Shown here: positions 62,860-64,000 of the stretch, one piece after another
How the letters are laid out: each line of letters opens with the position of its first letter
How positions within the stretch are numbered: the first letter of the stretch is position 1
Assembly (NCBI RefSeq): GCF_963921235.1
Contig: NC_086097.1
Location: forward strand, 218,614,001 to 218,678,000
DNA: 64,000 bases
Source of the DNA: Mobula hypostoma
Taxonomy: Eukaryota
Reading direction: 5' to 3'
Translations under genes and position numbers: made by a program
The notes under the pieces: generated by a model
Databases searched by the model: none
Seen by the model: the letters and a program-made list of their open reading frames with translations, nothing else
Told to the model about the DNA's origin: nothing

Positions 62860-64000
62860 GATGGATTGGACATGTGGTTAGGCATTTGATAAGGTACGCC
62901 ATGCAAGGCTTATTGAGAAAGTAAGGGATCCAAGGGGACATTGCTTTGTGGATCCAGAACTGGCTTGCCCACAGAAGGCAAAGAGTGGATGTAGATGGGT
63001 CATATTCTGCATGGAGGTCAGTGACCAGAGGTGTGCCTCAGGGATCTGTTCTGCGACCCCTTCTCTTTGTGATTTTTATAAATGACCTGGATGAGGAAGT
63101 GAAGGGATGGGTTAGTAAATTTGCTGATGACATGAAGGTTGGGGGTGTTGTGGATAGTGTGGAGGGCTATCAGAGGTTACAGCGGGGCATTGATAGGATG
63201 CAAAACTGGGCTGAGAAGTGACAGATAGAGTTCAACCCAGATAAGTGTGAGGTGTTTCATTTTGGTAGGTCAAATATGATGGCAGAATATAGTATTAATG
63301 GTAAGACTATTGGCAGTGTGGAGGATCAGAGGGATCTCGGGGTCCGAGTCCATAGGACACTTGAAGTTGCTGCGCAGATTGACTGTGTGGTTAAGAAGGC
63401 ATATGGTTCATTGGCCTTCAGCAACTGTGGAATTGAGTTTAAGAGCCAAGAGGTAATGTTACAGCTTTATAGGACCCTGGTCAGACCCCACTTGGAGTAC
63501 TGTGCTCAGTTCTGGTCAGCTCACTACAGGAAGGATGTGGAAACTATAGAACGGGTGCAGAGGAGATTTACAAGGATGTTGCCTAGATTGGGGAGCGTAC
63601 CTTATGAGAATAGGTTGATTGAACTTGGTCTCTCCTCCTTGGAGTGACGGAGGATGATAGGTGACCTGATAAAGGTGTATAAGATGATGAGAGGCATTGA
63701 TTGTGTGGATAATCAGAGGCTTTTTCCCAGGGCTGAAATGGTGCTTAGAAGTAGGCACAGAGGAGATGTCAGGGACAAGTTTTTTATGCAGAGGTTGGTG
63801 AGGGTGTGGAATGGGCTGCTGGTGACGGTGGTGGAGGCGGATACAAAAGGGTCTTTTAAGAGACTGCTGGAAAGGTACATGGAGCTTAGGAAAATAGAGG
63901 GCTATGGGTAACCCTATAATTTCTAAAATAAGTACGTGTTCGGCACAGCATCATGGGCTGAAGGGCCTGTATTGTGCTGTAGATTTTCTATGTTTTCTGT
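62860..64000 (+). mobile_element. CR1 LINE 3' part, degenerate
   Basis: RGVPQGSVL, KFADDMKVGG and LVRPHLEYCAQFWS; CR1 tail at the window end. Confidence 0.9.

Noticed and set aside
55807..64000. Next PREX2 exon
   Set aside because: I found no recognisable continuation of the protein with splice sites; it is probably beyond the window.

Overview
This window is eukaryotic genomic DNA, most likely from a cartilaginous fish such as a ray. That assignment is inferred from the repeat content: abundant CR1/HER1-like LINEs, HE1/V-SINE-like SINEs, Rex1/Babar LINEs and Penelope elements. The whole 64 kb lies inside one + strand gene, PREX2 (PIP3-dependent Rac exchanger 2). I could read 12 consecutive GT-AG coding exons (362-55806) with matching phases. 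They encode DEP2, PDZ1, PDZ2 and the start of the IP4P-like region. The introns are packed with transposons. These include a young CR1 with an intact RT frame, an ~11 kb multiply nested CR1 cluster, a deleted Gypsy element with PNMA-like gag, and a hAT transposon inserted into a CR1. There are also MITEs, SINEs, and Penelope remnants, one with an intact minimal hammerhead ribozyme motif. I found no convincing new protein-coding system. The most interesting signals are RNA-structural or TE-level: the hammerhead, a 527 bp unclassified fold-back, a patchwork-deleted Rex1 derivative, and a 34 bp retroinsertion next to a splice acceptor. Exon boundaries were read base by base. Repeat boundaries are approximate, and family names come from recalled motifs, not database searches.
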